From Candidatus Omnitrophota bacterium (GTDB lineage: Bacteria > Omnitrophota > Omnitrophia > Omnitrophales > Aquincolibacteriaceae), in contig JAFGHI010000005.1 of the NCBI GenBank assembly GCA_016930235.1, forward strand, positions 1 through 62,488: DNA of 62,488 bases, in the 5' to 3' direction. The notes under the pieces were generated by a model. It was not told the DNA's origin. It searched no databases and worked only from the letters and a program-made list of their open reading frames with translations. The position numbers and the translations under genes were made by a program. Every line of letters starts with the position of its first letter. Positions within the stretch are counted from its first letter, which is position 1. Of the stretch, positions 53,850-61,435 are shown piece by piece.

Positions 53850-54785
53850 TTAACTTTCTTTCGCCATCTCCTCCAATTGTTCTTCCTCCAGGATAAGGCT
53901 TTCCCCCTTTGAGCCCGGCACCAAGAAAACACTGGTTCCCGGGGCATAATAGGGACTCTCAGGCATGTGCTTGGTTAAGGCTTGGATTCTCGCCTCCATC
54001 GCTAAGGCTTCTTCCCGCTGACCATCGACTTCATAAATGTGCCGCAAGTTTCTTAAAGACTGTAAGACCTCAGGATGCAGGCCCCCTAGGATTTTCTCAC
54101 GCAAGCTAAGGGCACGGCGGGATTTCAATGCAGCCTCTTCATAACGCCCTTCAGCAATATAGAGGACACTCAAGTTATGATAGATAATCCGTAAATCAGG
54201 ATGATCCGGATCAAGCGGTTCCAAAATAGAAAGGGCCCGGTCATAGTATTGTTCGGCCTCGTCCATTTTTCCTTCTATCTTGGAAATAACGCCCAGTGAA
54301 TTCAAACTGACGGCAATCCTGGGGTCCTTGGCCGAAAAGGAGGCTTCCCGGATCTTGAGGGCTTTCTCCCAAAGGATCTTGGCTTCTGGGTAACGTTTTT
54401 CGGAAAAGTAAAGGACCCCCAAATTCTGAAGCGCCACGGTCAAATCCGAATTTCTTTCCCCCTTTGTTTTTTTCCATGTCTCAAGCGCTTTCAAATAGTA
54501 ATCCTCAGCGGTATCAAGAGATCCCGAATTCTTATGAAAAACACCCAAGGCATTCAAAGAAACCGCAACCTGGGGATGATCATGCCCTAAGCGCTCCTGT
54601 GCAGTCGCCAGCGCCTTTTCCCCCTCCCGAATTGCCTGAGTAAAATTCCCCAGCTGGTAGTAGCGGACTGCTCGCCGGTATTGTTCATCCCATACCGGAG
54701 AAACCCGGACACAACCGGCAAGAAAAAAAACACCCAAGATCCATATCCATATCGGTATCAACACCTTCTCATTTTTTTTCTTCAT
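53850..54785 (-). CDS. TPR-repeat lipoprotein
   Basis: Internal Met start MKKKNEKVLIPIWIWILGVFFLAGC (lipobox), then about six TPR units (ALNALGVFHKNSG, ALQNLGVLYF, SLNSLGVI...). Confidence 0.75.
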   Translation of the reverse strand: MKKKNEKVLIPIWIWILGVFFLAGCVRVSPVWDEQYRRAVRYYQLGNFTQAIREGEKALATAQERLGHDHPQVAVSLNALGVFHKNSGSLDTAEDYYLKALETWKKTKGERNSDLTVALQNLGVLYFSEKRYPEAKILWEKALKIREASFSAKDPRIAVSLNSLGVISKIEGKMDEAEQYYDRALSILEPLDPDHPDLRIIYHNLSVLYIAEGRYEEAALKSRRALSLREKILGGLHPEVLQSLRNLRHIYEVDGQREEALAMEARIQALTKHMPESPYYAPGTSVFLVPGSKGESLILEEEQLEEMAKES

Positions 54786-55465
54786 AGCAAACTTCCTGCG
54801 GCTTGAATACACTCCCGGGTATCATTGTTCGGGGAATTGACAAAAGATGACACGGGATACGCCTCCATCTCTTCTGCCGGATAGGGTTTGAGCAAATCGA
54901 TAAGTTCTTCGGTGTTCTCCCTTTCGGTATCCATCCATTTATCTCGATGCTCCGGCAAAAGAATCACCGGCATTCGGTTATGAATCGGCGCAATGACTGA
55001 ATTCGGTTCACCTGTAATAATCGTGCAGGTCCGAACCTCATCACCGGTCGGCCCCCTCCAGCGAGACCATAATCCGGCAAACGAAAACGGTTTCTTTGAT
55101 TGCAACCGTATGTAATAAGGGACCTTGCTCCGGCCGCCACGGTGCCACTCGTAAAAGCCATCGGATAGAATCAAGCAACGCTGGTGCCGAAAAGGCCCGC
55201 GAAAGCTGGGTTTCTCACTCAAAGTTTCTTTCCTGGCATTCATCATCCGATGTCCAATCTCCTTGTCTTTTGCCCAAGAAGGAATCAGCCCCCAAAGAAA
55301 ATAATCAAAGTTGTTTTCCTCCTCGCGTTCCCGATAAAGAACCGGAACCGGCGTCGACGGTGCAATATTATACCGGGAAACCCATCTTTTGAGCTTCCCC
55401 AAATCGATGTGAAACTCTTCGGCCAGCGTTTTTTTATCGACCGTTAGAGAATACCGTCCGCACAT
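54782..55465 (-). CDS. SOS-response-associated peptidase (SRAP/YedK family)
   Basis: N-terminal MCGRY with catalytic Cys2, plus FYEW and HNRMPVIL motifs. Confidence 0.85.
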   Translation of the reverse strand: MCGRYSLTVDKKTLAEEFHIDLGKLKRWVSRYNIAPSTPVPVLYREREEENNFDYFLWGLIPSWAKDKEIGHRMMNARKETLSEKPSFRGPFRHQRCLILSDGFYEWHRGGRSKVPYYIRLQSKKPFSFAGLWSRWRGPTGDEVRTCTIITGEPNSVIAPIHNRMPVILLPEHRDKWMDTERENTEELIDLLKPYPAEEMEAYPVSSFVNSPNNDTRECIQAAGSLL

Positions 55466-55471
55466 AAGTGT

Positions 55472-56710
55472 CTATTCGATTGAAATATCCTGTTCTAATA
55501 AATCTTCATTGAAGGTCGATTCTTCACCTTGGAAATCCATCTGAAACCGCGGGGAATGAAGAATCTGAAGTAACTCTTCCGGTGAAATGTATCCGGTGAC
55601 GCGCGCAATTTCGATTTCGCGGCCCCGGGCATCGAAGAAAAGAATCGTCGGAATCCCAAAGACGTGAAATTTTTCTAAAAGTTTTTCGTTTTCGGGTAAA
55701 TCCATGCGGGAGACGTCCGCTTGAAGCCGCTGATAGCCGCGCAAGGCCTCCATCACTGCGGAATCGGTATAAGTCGAACGCTCCAATTCATAACACGGCA
55801 TACACCAATCCGCGTAAAATTCAAGGATGACCGGCATCCCCGCCTCGCGGGCAAAGGTAAGTTTCTCCGGGGTATAATCTTCCCAAAGGAGACCTTTCTT
55901 CGGACCATAAAAGGGTAAAAGGAGCCCTATTGAGATAAGGATCACGCCCAACAACTTCTTCGCTTGAATAAACTCCTTGGAGTATTCTTTCGACTTCTCC
56001 ATAAAACCGAGATAAAGCCCGCCTGCAATCAAGATCAGAATCACGCTTCCTCGTATCCAAAGGGGATAAATCAAGGAAGCTAGATAAAAAAAGATCAAAC
56101 CGATCAGCGAAACCCCGAAGAATTTCTTTCCCCAAATAAAACATTCTGGGGCCATTTGGATCCGGGACAGCCATTGGATAAGCAGTGACAAAACAAAATA
56201 CGGCAACGCCAGTCCGATCGAGAAGAAAAGCATCATGGTAATCCGATAAAGAAGAGCTTCATCGGCAACCGCATATTGAATCATCCCCGCCATTAAAAAC
56301 CCCAGGCAAGGGACAGAGAACCCTGCCCCGATTAACCCAAAAAGAAAATAACTTCGGTATCGAGGCTGACGGTTTTTTGCGATACCCTTCATGGACCATG
56401 AGGGAAGTCTGAAAACCTTCACACCCAACAAAGCCAAGGCAAAGAAAAACCATAGACAGCCTATACCCAACCAAAAAAAGACACTTTGAAAGAGGAGTTC
56501 CAGAAAAAAACCGCCCGCTGATGCCAAAAACCCAAAAAGGGTATAAACCAAAACAATGCCGGCCGAAAAATAGAGCGAGCGTATGTAACTTCTATCCGGT
56601 GACCATTTAGGATAGAGGCCAAAAACGGCAACCATAGCGGCTGCCATGGGAAAAAATCCTAGCGAAAAATTAAAAGCAAATCCAACCTGGATAAAATCAA
56701 GATAATTCAT
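55472..56710 (-). CDS. DsbD/CcdA-like membrane domain fused to a C-terminal thioredoxin domain
   Basis: Polytopic N-terminal part with a VPCLGF motif, and a C-terminal thioredoxin fold with the WCMPC active site. Confidence 0.7.
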   Translation of the reverse strand: MNYLDFIQVGFAFNFSLGFFPMAAAMVAVFGLYPKWSPDRSYIRSLYFSAGIVLVYTLFGFLASAGGFFLELLFQSVFFWLGIGCLWFFFALALLGVKVFRLPSWSMKGIAKNRQPRYRSYFLFGLIGAGFSVPCLGFLMAGMIQYAVADEALLYRITMMLFFSIGLALPYFVLSLLIQWLSRIQMAPECFIWGKKFFGVSLIGLIFFYLASLIYPLWIRGSVILILIAGGLYLGFMEKSKEYSKEFIQAKKLLGVILISIGLLLPFYGPKKGLLWEDYTPEKLTFAREAGMPVILEFYADWCMPCYELERSTYTDSAVMEALRGYQRLQADVSRMDLPENEKLLEKFHVFGIPTILFFDARGREIEIARVTGYISPEELLQILHSPRFQMDFQGEESTFNEDLLEQDISIE

Positions 56711-56833
56711 CTTCTCCCTAAAATAAAATTAATTTCACGTTTAGCGGGGTAAATCCTTGAGAAGCTCAAGTTCGCGAAGAAAGTCATCTCTCGCAGGTTT
56801 CGTCTCGCCATCCGGGTATTTGAAATAATTGGA

Positions 56834-56926
56834 TTAATATTTGATCACCGCATAGATGACAAGGGCCACAAGAGCAAACAGAAATGTCCACATCAAAATT
56901 TTAAAAAATATCGATGCCGTTAGCAT
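56834..56926 (-). CDS. Possible 30-aa single-TM micro-protein (not in the ORF track)
   Basis: GGGAGG lies 8 nt upstream of the ATG at 56926-56924. Translation: MLTASIFFKILMWTFLFALVALVIYAVIKY, then TAA. Confidence 0.3.
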   Translation of the reverse strand: MLTASIFFKILMWTFLFALVALVIYAVIKY

Positions 56927-56960
56927 CTTTTTAGCCTCCCTAAAAATCAAAGAATGTTGA

Positions 56961-57365
56961 CTACCGGCGTAAAAATCCCCACTGTCGGAAAAGATAAAAG
57001 AACAAACTCCCGCCGGCCGCTCCTATTATATTACATTGAATATCAAAAAGATCACAAATTCTCCCGGCAGCTAAAACCTGGAGTCCTTCATTGACAACTC
57101 CGAACCCGCTCACCACCAGGAATGAAATTACCATCACATGAGGGTCTTTCATGCGCCAATTTCCCAAAGACCGGCGGAAACGCAAATAGAGACATGAAAG
57201 AAAAGCCATTACTCCATAAACCGGAATATGAGCCAAAGAAACGAGAAGACTGGATCGAACAAGAAGGCGCACCGAAGAAGCCGGCTGCAGCGACAGAAAA
57301 AGGGTCAACCCAACCCATAGTCCTATAGCGATTAAGAGTCTCTTTTTCTGAAGCCGGTAAGCCAA
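56961..57365 (-). CDS. VanZ-like family membrane protein
   Basis: 134 aa, four TM helices, with H/G-rich motifs typical of VanZ (AHIPVYGV...NEGLQ). Confidence 0.65.
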   Translation of the reverse strand: MAYRLQKKRLLIAIGLWVGLTLFLSLQPASSVRLLVRSSLLVSLAHIPVYGVMAFLSCLYLRFRRSLGNWRMKDPHVMVISFLVVSGFGVVNEGLQVLAAGRICDLFDIQCNIIGAAGGSLFFYLFRQWGFLRR

Positions 57366-57428
57366 AAGATCCGTCTCCTTTTGTAGAACAGATTTGGGTT
57401 TAAATATCGGCTATTTCCTGGGTGAAGG

Positions 57429-58040
57429 TTAATCTCCCGCCGAGATTTTTCCATGATGAAGGGCAGATTTCGCCGTTTCTTGTTTTTCTTCGGGCAACAT
57501 CTCTCCTCTTTTACTTTCTGCTTCCATGAGAGCCTTTTGCACCCTTTCTATCTTCGCCTTTTGAATCGCTTCTTCAAGATCGTCCAACTCATTGCGCAAA
57601 ACCGTTTGGAGATGATCACGGACACCCTTCTCTAAAATGATCTCATAATACCTTCCGGTTCTTTTCGAACGGTCCGCTACCCTTTCGACAAAATCTTCCC
57701 CCGTGAGTATGGGATTGTGAAAGAATTGGGGGTGCACCATTTTCCATCGAAGCCACTTGGCTGCCATTGAACCCGAACCTTCGCGCTCGTTGCGAATAAA
57801 GATAGCCTTGGATGTCCTCATCCCATCAAGCAAGTACCGGATCTTATCCATCTCTTTGAATTCGGTATGTTTCTCAATGAAATTCTGGATTCTTTCTTCG
57901 TGGACAGCCGGATCATGCAGATAAAGCCAAGGCGTTATTTCTTCGTCAGTGTTGACACCGTTCTCTTTAGGCGTCGACGCACAACCGATGAAACCGTAGA
58001 TAATAAGCCACAAAAAGATCACCCATTTCGGCATAACCAT
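57429..58040 (-). CDS. Lipoprotein with a DUF5329-like core
   Basis: Lipobox IYGFIGCAS. IRYLLDGMRTSKAIFIRNEREGSGSMAAKWLRWK...FVERVA resembles DUF5329. Confidence 0.45.
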   Translation of the reverse strand: MVMPKWVIFLWLIIYGFIGCASTPKENGVNTDEEITPWLYLHDPAVHEERIQNFIEKHTEFKEMDKIRYLLDGMRTSKAIFIRNEREGSGSMAAKWLRWKMVHPQFFHNPILTGEDFVERVADRSKRTGRYYEIILEKGVRDHLQTVLRNELDDLEEAIQKAKIERVQKALMEAESKRGEMLPEEKQETAKSALHHGKISAGD

Positions 58041-58152
58041 ACCCGGCGCATTCTTGCAGTTTCTTGATATTGTTTTTCTGATCGAGATTAAAGTCTAACT
58101 CGGAATATTTCTTTTTGCCACAGATAATCATTGCAGATCAACTAGTTCGGCT

Positions 58153-59361
58153 TTATTCATCTGAACGAATAGGATAACGATTCTTTGACGTCTCGAAAAG
58201 ATGGAAATCCACTGAATTAATCCACCCATCACCATCAAAATCAGCTGCACGCCAATATCGTTTATCCCCTTGCTTAGCATTAAAATGCTGTTGGAATTCC
58301 AAATAATCTTTCAAGTCCACCTTTTTGTCGTTGTTCAGGTCCCCCAGTAGAATGCCTTCCATCTGGCAGCGTACTTGGAGATCGTAAAGCTCGACATCTT
58401 TCTCATCCATACGGTTATTGCCGTCTTGATCCAAGGCCTCCAGAATATCGAGAGATAGATGCGGCACACTCATCGCAAGGGCGTAATGAATCACACCCTC
58501 TTGGATGTCTTTCTCATCTACTTTCGTATCGGCGTTGATGTCCCAACTTTCCAGCATCAGGAGATCAGCAAAATCCATAAGAATTTCCAGGTTTCTGACA
58601 TGGATCGATACCATGGTAATCATGAAATCGACATCCTTTTGATCCAACTCATGGTTACCATCATGATCAAGACGTGTCACAATATCTTGTGACAAAAATT
58701 GAGCCTTTTTGACCTGCGCCAAACGATTCACCATTAAATCCACGTCATCAAGGTCAACAAGACCATCCTGATTCATATCAAGCGGGTCCTTTTCCCACGC
58801 TATGGAAAAATCCCGAATCTGTTCGTTGCGCTTAACTTCTTCCCGAATCTTAAAAATTTTCAAAACGCTATCCTTCTCATCGAAACGTCCATCCTCGTTT
58901 TGATCCAATACTTCGACGATATCTCTGGGTAAATCTTTGATGGCGAGCGCCTTTTCAAATCTCAATTGAGCATATTCTTCGTCATGGCGGTCAAGGGTAC
59001 CATCACGATTAAGATCCATCGGATTTTCGGCCAAACTCTTCGCAAGCTCCTTCACAGCAAAAAGATTACGATCTGCCAAGGTTGGCTGGGTCATCGGGTA
59101 AGGTTCTATCAAGGAAGCCTCTTTAAAGGGAATCGAAACAGATGGCGTCTTTTCCTCAAACTGCTGGACACCTTCCATGGCGGGGATCTCTTTAACGGGA
59201 CGCGGCTTGCTCTGTCCGGGCCCAGTAAAGTTATCCGCAAATACAGAGGCTCCAGGATTGCTGATTATGACCGTTATCAATAAACCCGCTAAACTGCCTA
59301 AGGCCCTGGACAGGTGTTTTTTAAGACCCGATTTATTGAGGCAAGCGACATTTCTATTCAC
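58153..59361 (-). CDS. Secreted protein with eight EF-hand/dockerin-type Ca-binding loops
   Basis: Signal peptide ending SVFA-DN. The eight DxDxDG-like loops are DLNRDGTLDRHD, DQNEDGRFDEKD, DMNQDGLVDLDD, DHDGNHELDQKD, DINADTKVDEKD, DQDGNNRMDEKD, DLNNDKKVDLKD and DFDGDGWINSVD. Confidence 0.7.
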   Translation of the reverse strand: MNRNVACLNKSGLKKHLSRALGSLAGLLITVIISNPGASVFADNFTGPGQSKPRPVKEIPAMEGVQQFEEKTPSVSIPFKEASLIEPYPMTQPTLADRNLFAVKELAKSLAENPMDLNRDGTLDRHDEEYAQLRFEKALAIKDLPRDIVEVLDQNEDGRFDEKDSVLKIFKIREEVKRNEQIRDFSIAWEKDPLDMNQDGLVDLDDVDLMVNRLAQVKKAQFLSQDIVTRLDHDGNHELDQKDVDFMITMVSIHVRNLEILMDFADLLMLESWDINADTKVDEKDIQEGVIHYALAMSVPHLSLDILEALDQDGNNRMDEKDVELYDLQVRCQMEGILLGDLNNDKKVDLKDYLEFQQHFNAKQGDKRYWRAADFDGDGWINSVDFHLFETSKNRYPIRSDE

Positions 59362-59416
59362 GAGATACCCTCACGTATTTATATAAAAAAAGTACCCAAT
59401 GAATCGTAAAATGTCA

Positions 59417-59480
59417 AATTTGAGCAATAAAACTATCTAGATATAGCATAATATAGCCATTAATAGCATAGAATTTGAGC
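59417..59480. repeat. Three tandem 10-bp units flanked by a 9-bp direct repeat, upstream of the EF-hand gene
   Basis: The units ATATAGCATA / ATATAGCCAT / TAATAGCATA occupy 59441-59470. AATTTGAGC occurs at 59417-59425 and again at 59472-59480. Confidence 0.6.
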
Positions 59481-59567
59481 TAACTTGTTATGCAGCCATA
59501 AGAAGCGTTCAAAGCTGAAAATGGAGGGATAAGACAATTATCCGACTATCTCGATTGAGACAATCAA

Positions 59568-59735
59568 TTAATCTTTCTTCTCATTATCTTTATTGTCATC
59601 GTCGCGCATGGATTTTTTAAATTCCTGGATGCCTTTTCCAAGCGAACGGCCGATCTCAGGCAATCTTTTAGCTCCGAAAAGAAGCAGAACAACAAGCAAA
59701 ATAACGACAATTTCCAGCGGTCCTGGCATACTCAT
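59568..59735 (-). CDS. tatA: Twin-arginine translocase subunit TatA/E
   Basis: 55 aa, below the ORF-track length cutoff. Manual translation: MSMPGPLEIVVILLVVLLLFGAKRLPEIGRSLGKGIQEFKKSMRDDDNKDNEKKD. AAGGA lies upstream. Confidence 0.85.
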   Translation of the reverse strand: MSMPGPLEIVVILLVVLLLFGAKRLPEIGRSLGKGIQEFKKSMRDDDNKDNEKKD

Positions 59736-59827
59736 GAGTCACTATCCTTTGTTTTACAGTTGCAAAATAATGGCACTTTTTTAAAAAACTTTTTTATAAC
59801 ACTCTCACTTAGGCCCAGCCTATGTAT

Positions 59828-60081
59828 TTAAGACTCTATCATTCTCCTTTCAATCAGTGCAATCTTCTTTTTCCGTGACCATCCTTTTAATTGTCGTTCT
59901 CGCTTAAAAGCATCTGATTGATTCCGAAACGATTCTTTGAAGCTTAGGGCGACGGGTAAGCGTTTGCGAGTATAATCGCCACCTTGGCCGCTTTGATGCT
60001 TTTTAAACCGACCCTTGATATCAGGGCACAACCAACATAAAAGGTGCCATCGGAACATTCTAAAATATATACGGTCCACAT
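59828..60081 (-). pseudogene. GIY-YIG nuclease-family small protein with an apparent 1-nt frameshift
   Basis: The frame starting at the ATG at 60081 reads MWTVYILECSDGTFYVGC and then terminates. The next frame continues PDIKGRFKKHQSGQGGDYTRKRLPVALSFKESFRNQSDAFKRERQLKGWSRKKK. The span is 254 nt, one short of 85 codons. Confidence 0.65.
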
Positions 60082-60162
60082 ATTTTTTAAAACCTGGGTC
60101 CTTCGACAAGCTCAGGGCCCGATGCTGAGCGAGGCCACCTTTCAGGCGGTCGAGTCGAAGCA

Positions 60163-60237
60163 TCGGGATGGCAGGATTTGAACCTGCGACATCTTGCTCC
60201 CAAAGCAAGCGCTCTAGCCAGGCTGAGCTACATCCCG
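60163..60237 (-). tRNA. tRNA-Pro (anticodon TGG)
   Basis: Manual fold: acceptor CGGGATG/CATCCCG, D arm GCTC/GAGC, anticodon stem CTTGC/GCAAG with loop TTTGGGA, T arm GCAGG/CCTGC with loop TTCAAAT. 75 nt, with no encoded CCA. Confidence 0.95.
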
Positions 60238-60334
60238 ACGGACTCTCCCACAAAACAAGATTGCAATTCTACGGATTTCATTCTCAAAGATCAAACGTTT
60301 GTTTCAAAGCAGCCGTCTTCTTGAAAATAATTCC

Positions 60335-61435
60335 TTAAAAAATCGATCTCTCCCGGTTAATACTGAGGACCAATCCCAACGCAAACATGGTCGTCATAAA
60401 AGAAGACCCACCATAACTTACAAGCGGCAAGGTCAAACCCGTAATCGGCATCAGCCCAAAGGTCATCCCGATATTAATAAAAACCTGAGAAAACAAGATC
60501 GTCACAACACCTCCCACGAGGAGCTTCGCCCGAACATCGGTTGTATGATTCATAATTTGGAATGCTGCGCGAAACAGAAAACCGTAAAGACAAAGAAGCA
60601 ACAAAGCCCCGATAAACCCCCATTCTTCCCCTAAAACACAGAATATAAAATCCGTATGATGTTCGGGCACAAATTGAAGCTGACTTTGGGTCCCGGCCAT
60701 ATACCCTTTACCCAGAAGCCCCCCTGAACCCACGGCAATCTTGGCTTGAATAGCCGTATAACCCGCCCCTAAAGGATCCTGTGAAGGATCCATGAAAGTC
60801 AGAATGCGTTTTCGTTGGTACTCCTTCAGGAACTGCCAAAAAAAAGGAGCCGCGACTAAACCGCTCAAACCTGCCACGATGAGATACCTGTATTGAATGC
60901 CCCAGAGAAAAAGGATCGCAAGAATCATCGGCACAAAAAGCAATGCTGTCCCTAAATCGGGTTGTTTGACAATCAGTATAAGCGGCAAGAAGAATAGACC
61001 CAAAGCAATGATCACAATCCTGAAACTTTTCTCCCAGGAATGATGCGACCCGAGAAAATTGGCAATGGCCAAAACCGTTGCCAATTTTGCGAATTCCGAG
61101 GGTTGAATTGCCAGAGGTCCGATCTGAAGCCACCGTTGGGCGCCCAAATGCCTCTGGCCGGCAACGAAAACCAGAAAGAGCATCGCAACCGCAGCAACAT
61201 AAAGTAAGTAAGAAACATTCAAAAAAGTCCGGTAACCGATTAAATAAACCGCTAGTAAAGTCACTAATCCGATTAAAATCCACACCATTTGCTTGGAAAC
61301 ATAATTCCCTGAGTCATGATAGCCGGCACTCCAAATAAATAAAGTCCCAATCATGATCAAACCAAAAAGTGACCAAATAAACGGCCAATAAATATCTCTA
61401 TGCAAATTGCGCAGCATGTTCACTCCAAATCTCAA
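60335..61435 (-). CDS. rodA: SEDS-family peptidoglycan polymerase RodA
   Basis: 366-aa FtsW/RodA/SpoVE-family protein with blocks (QPSEFAKL, TDFIF, SYGGSS). It lies downstream of PBP2. Confidence 0.9.
   Translation of the reverse strand: MRFGVNMLRNLHRDIYWPFIWSLFGLIMIGTLFIWSAGYHDSGNYVSKQMVWILIGLVTLLAVYLIGYRTFLNVSYLLYVAAVAMLFLVFVAGQRHLGAQRWLQIGPLAIQPSEFAKLATVLAIANFLGSHHSWEKSFRIVIIALGLFFLPLILIVKQPDLGTALLFVPMILAILFLWGIQYRYLIVAGLSGLVAAPFFWQFLKEYQRKRILTFMDPSQDPLGAGYTAIQAKIAVGSGGLLGKGYMAGTQSQLQFVPEHHTDFIFCVLGEEWGFIGALLLLCLYGFLFRAAFQIMNHTTDVRAKLLVGGVVTILFSQVFINIGMTFGLMPITGLTLPLVSYGGSSFMTTMFALGLVLSINRERSIF

Noticed and set aside
54782-55465. The SRAP/YedK gene, and the nearby GIY-YIG gene, as components of a defence or mobile-element system
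   Set aside because: SRAP is a widespread housekeeping DNA-damage (abasic-site) protein. It is embedded between a DsbD-like gene and a TPR lipoprotein gene, with no nuclease, methylase or ATPase partner. The GIY-YIG gene is a small stand-alone family member and appears disrupted.
59828-60253. The 141-aa minus-strand ORF in the supplied track, taken as a single protein-coding gene
   Set aside because: Its 5' third is the translation of tRNA-Pro (60163-60237) and spacer DNA. Only the 3' part is real coding sequence, belonging to a frameshifted GIY-YIG gene that starts at 60081.
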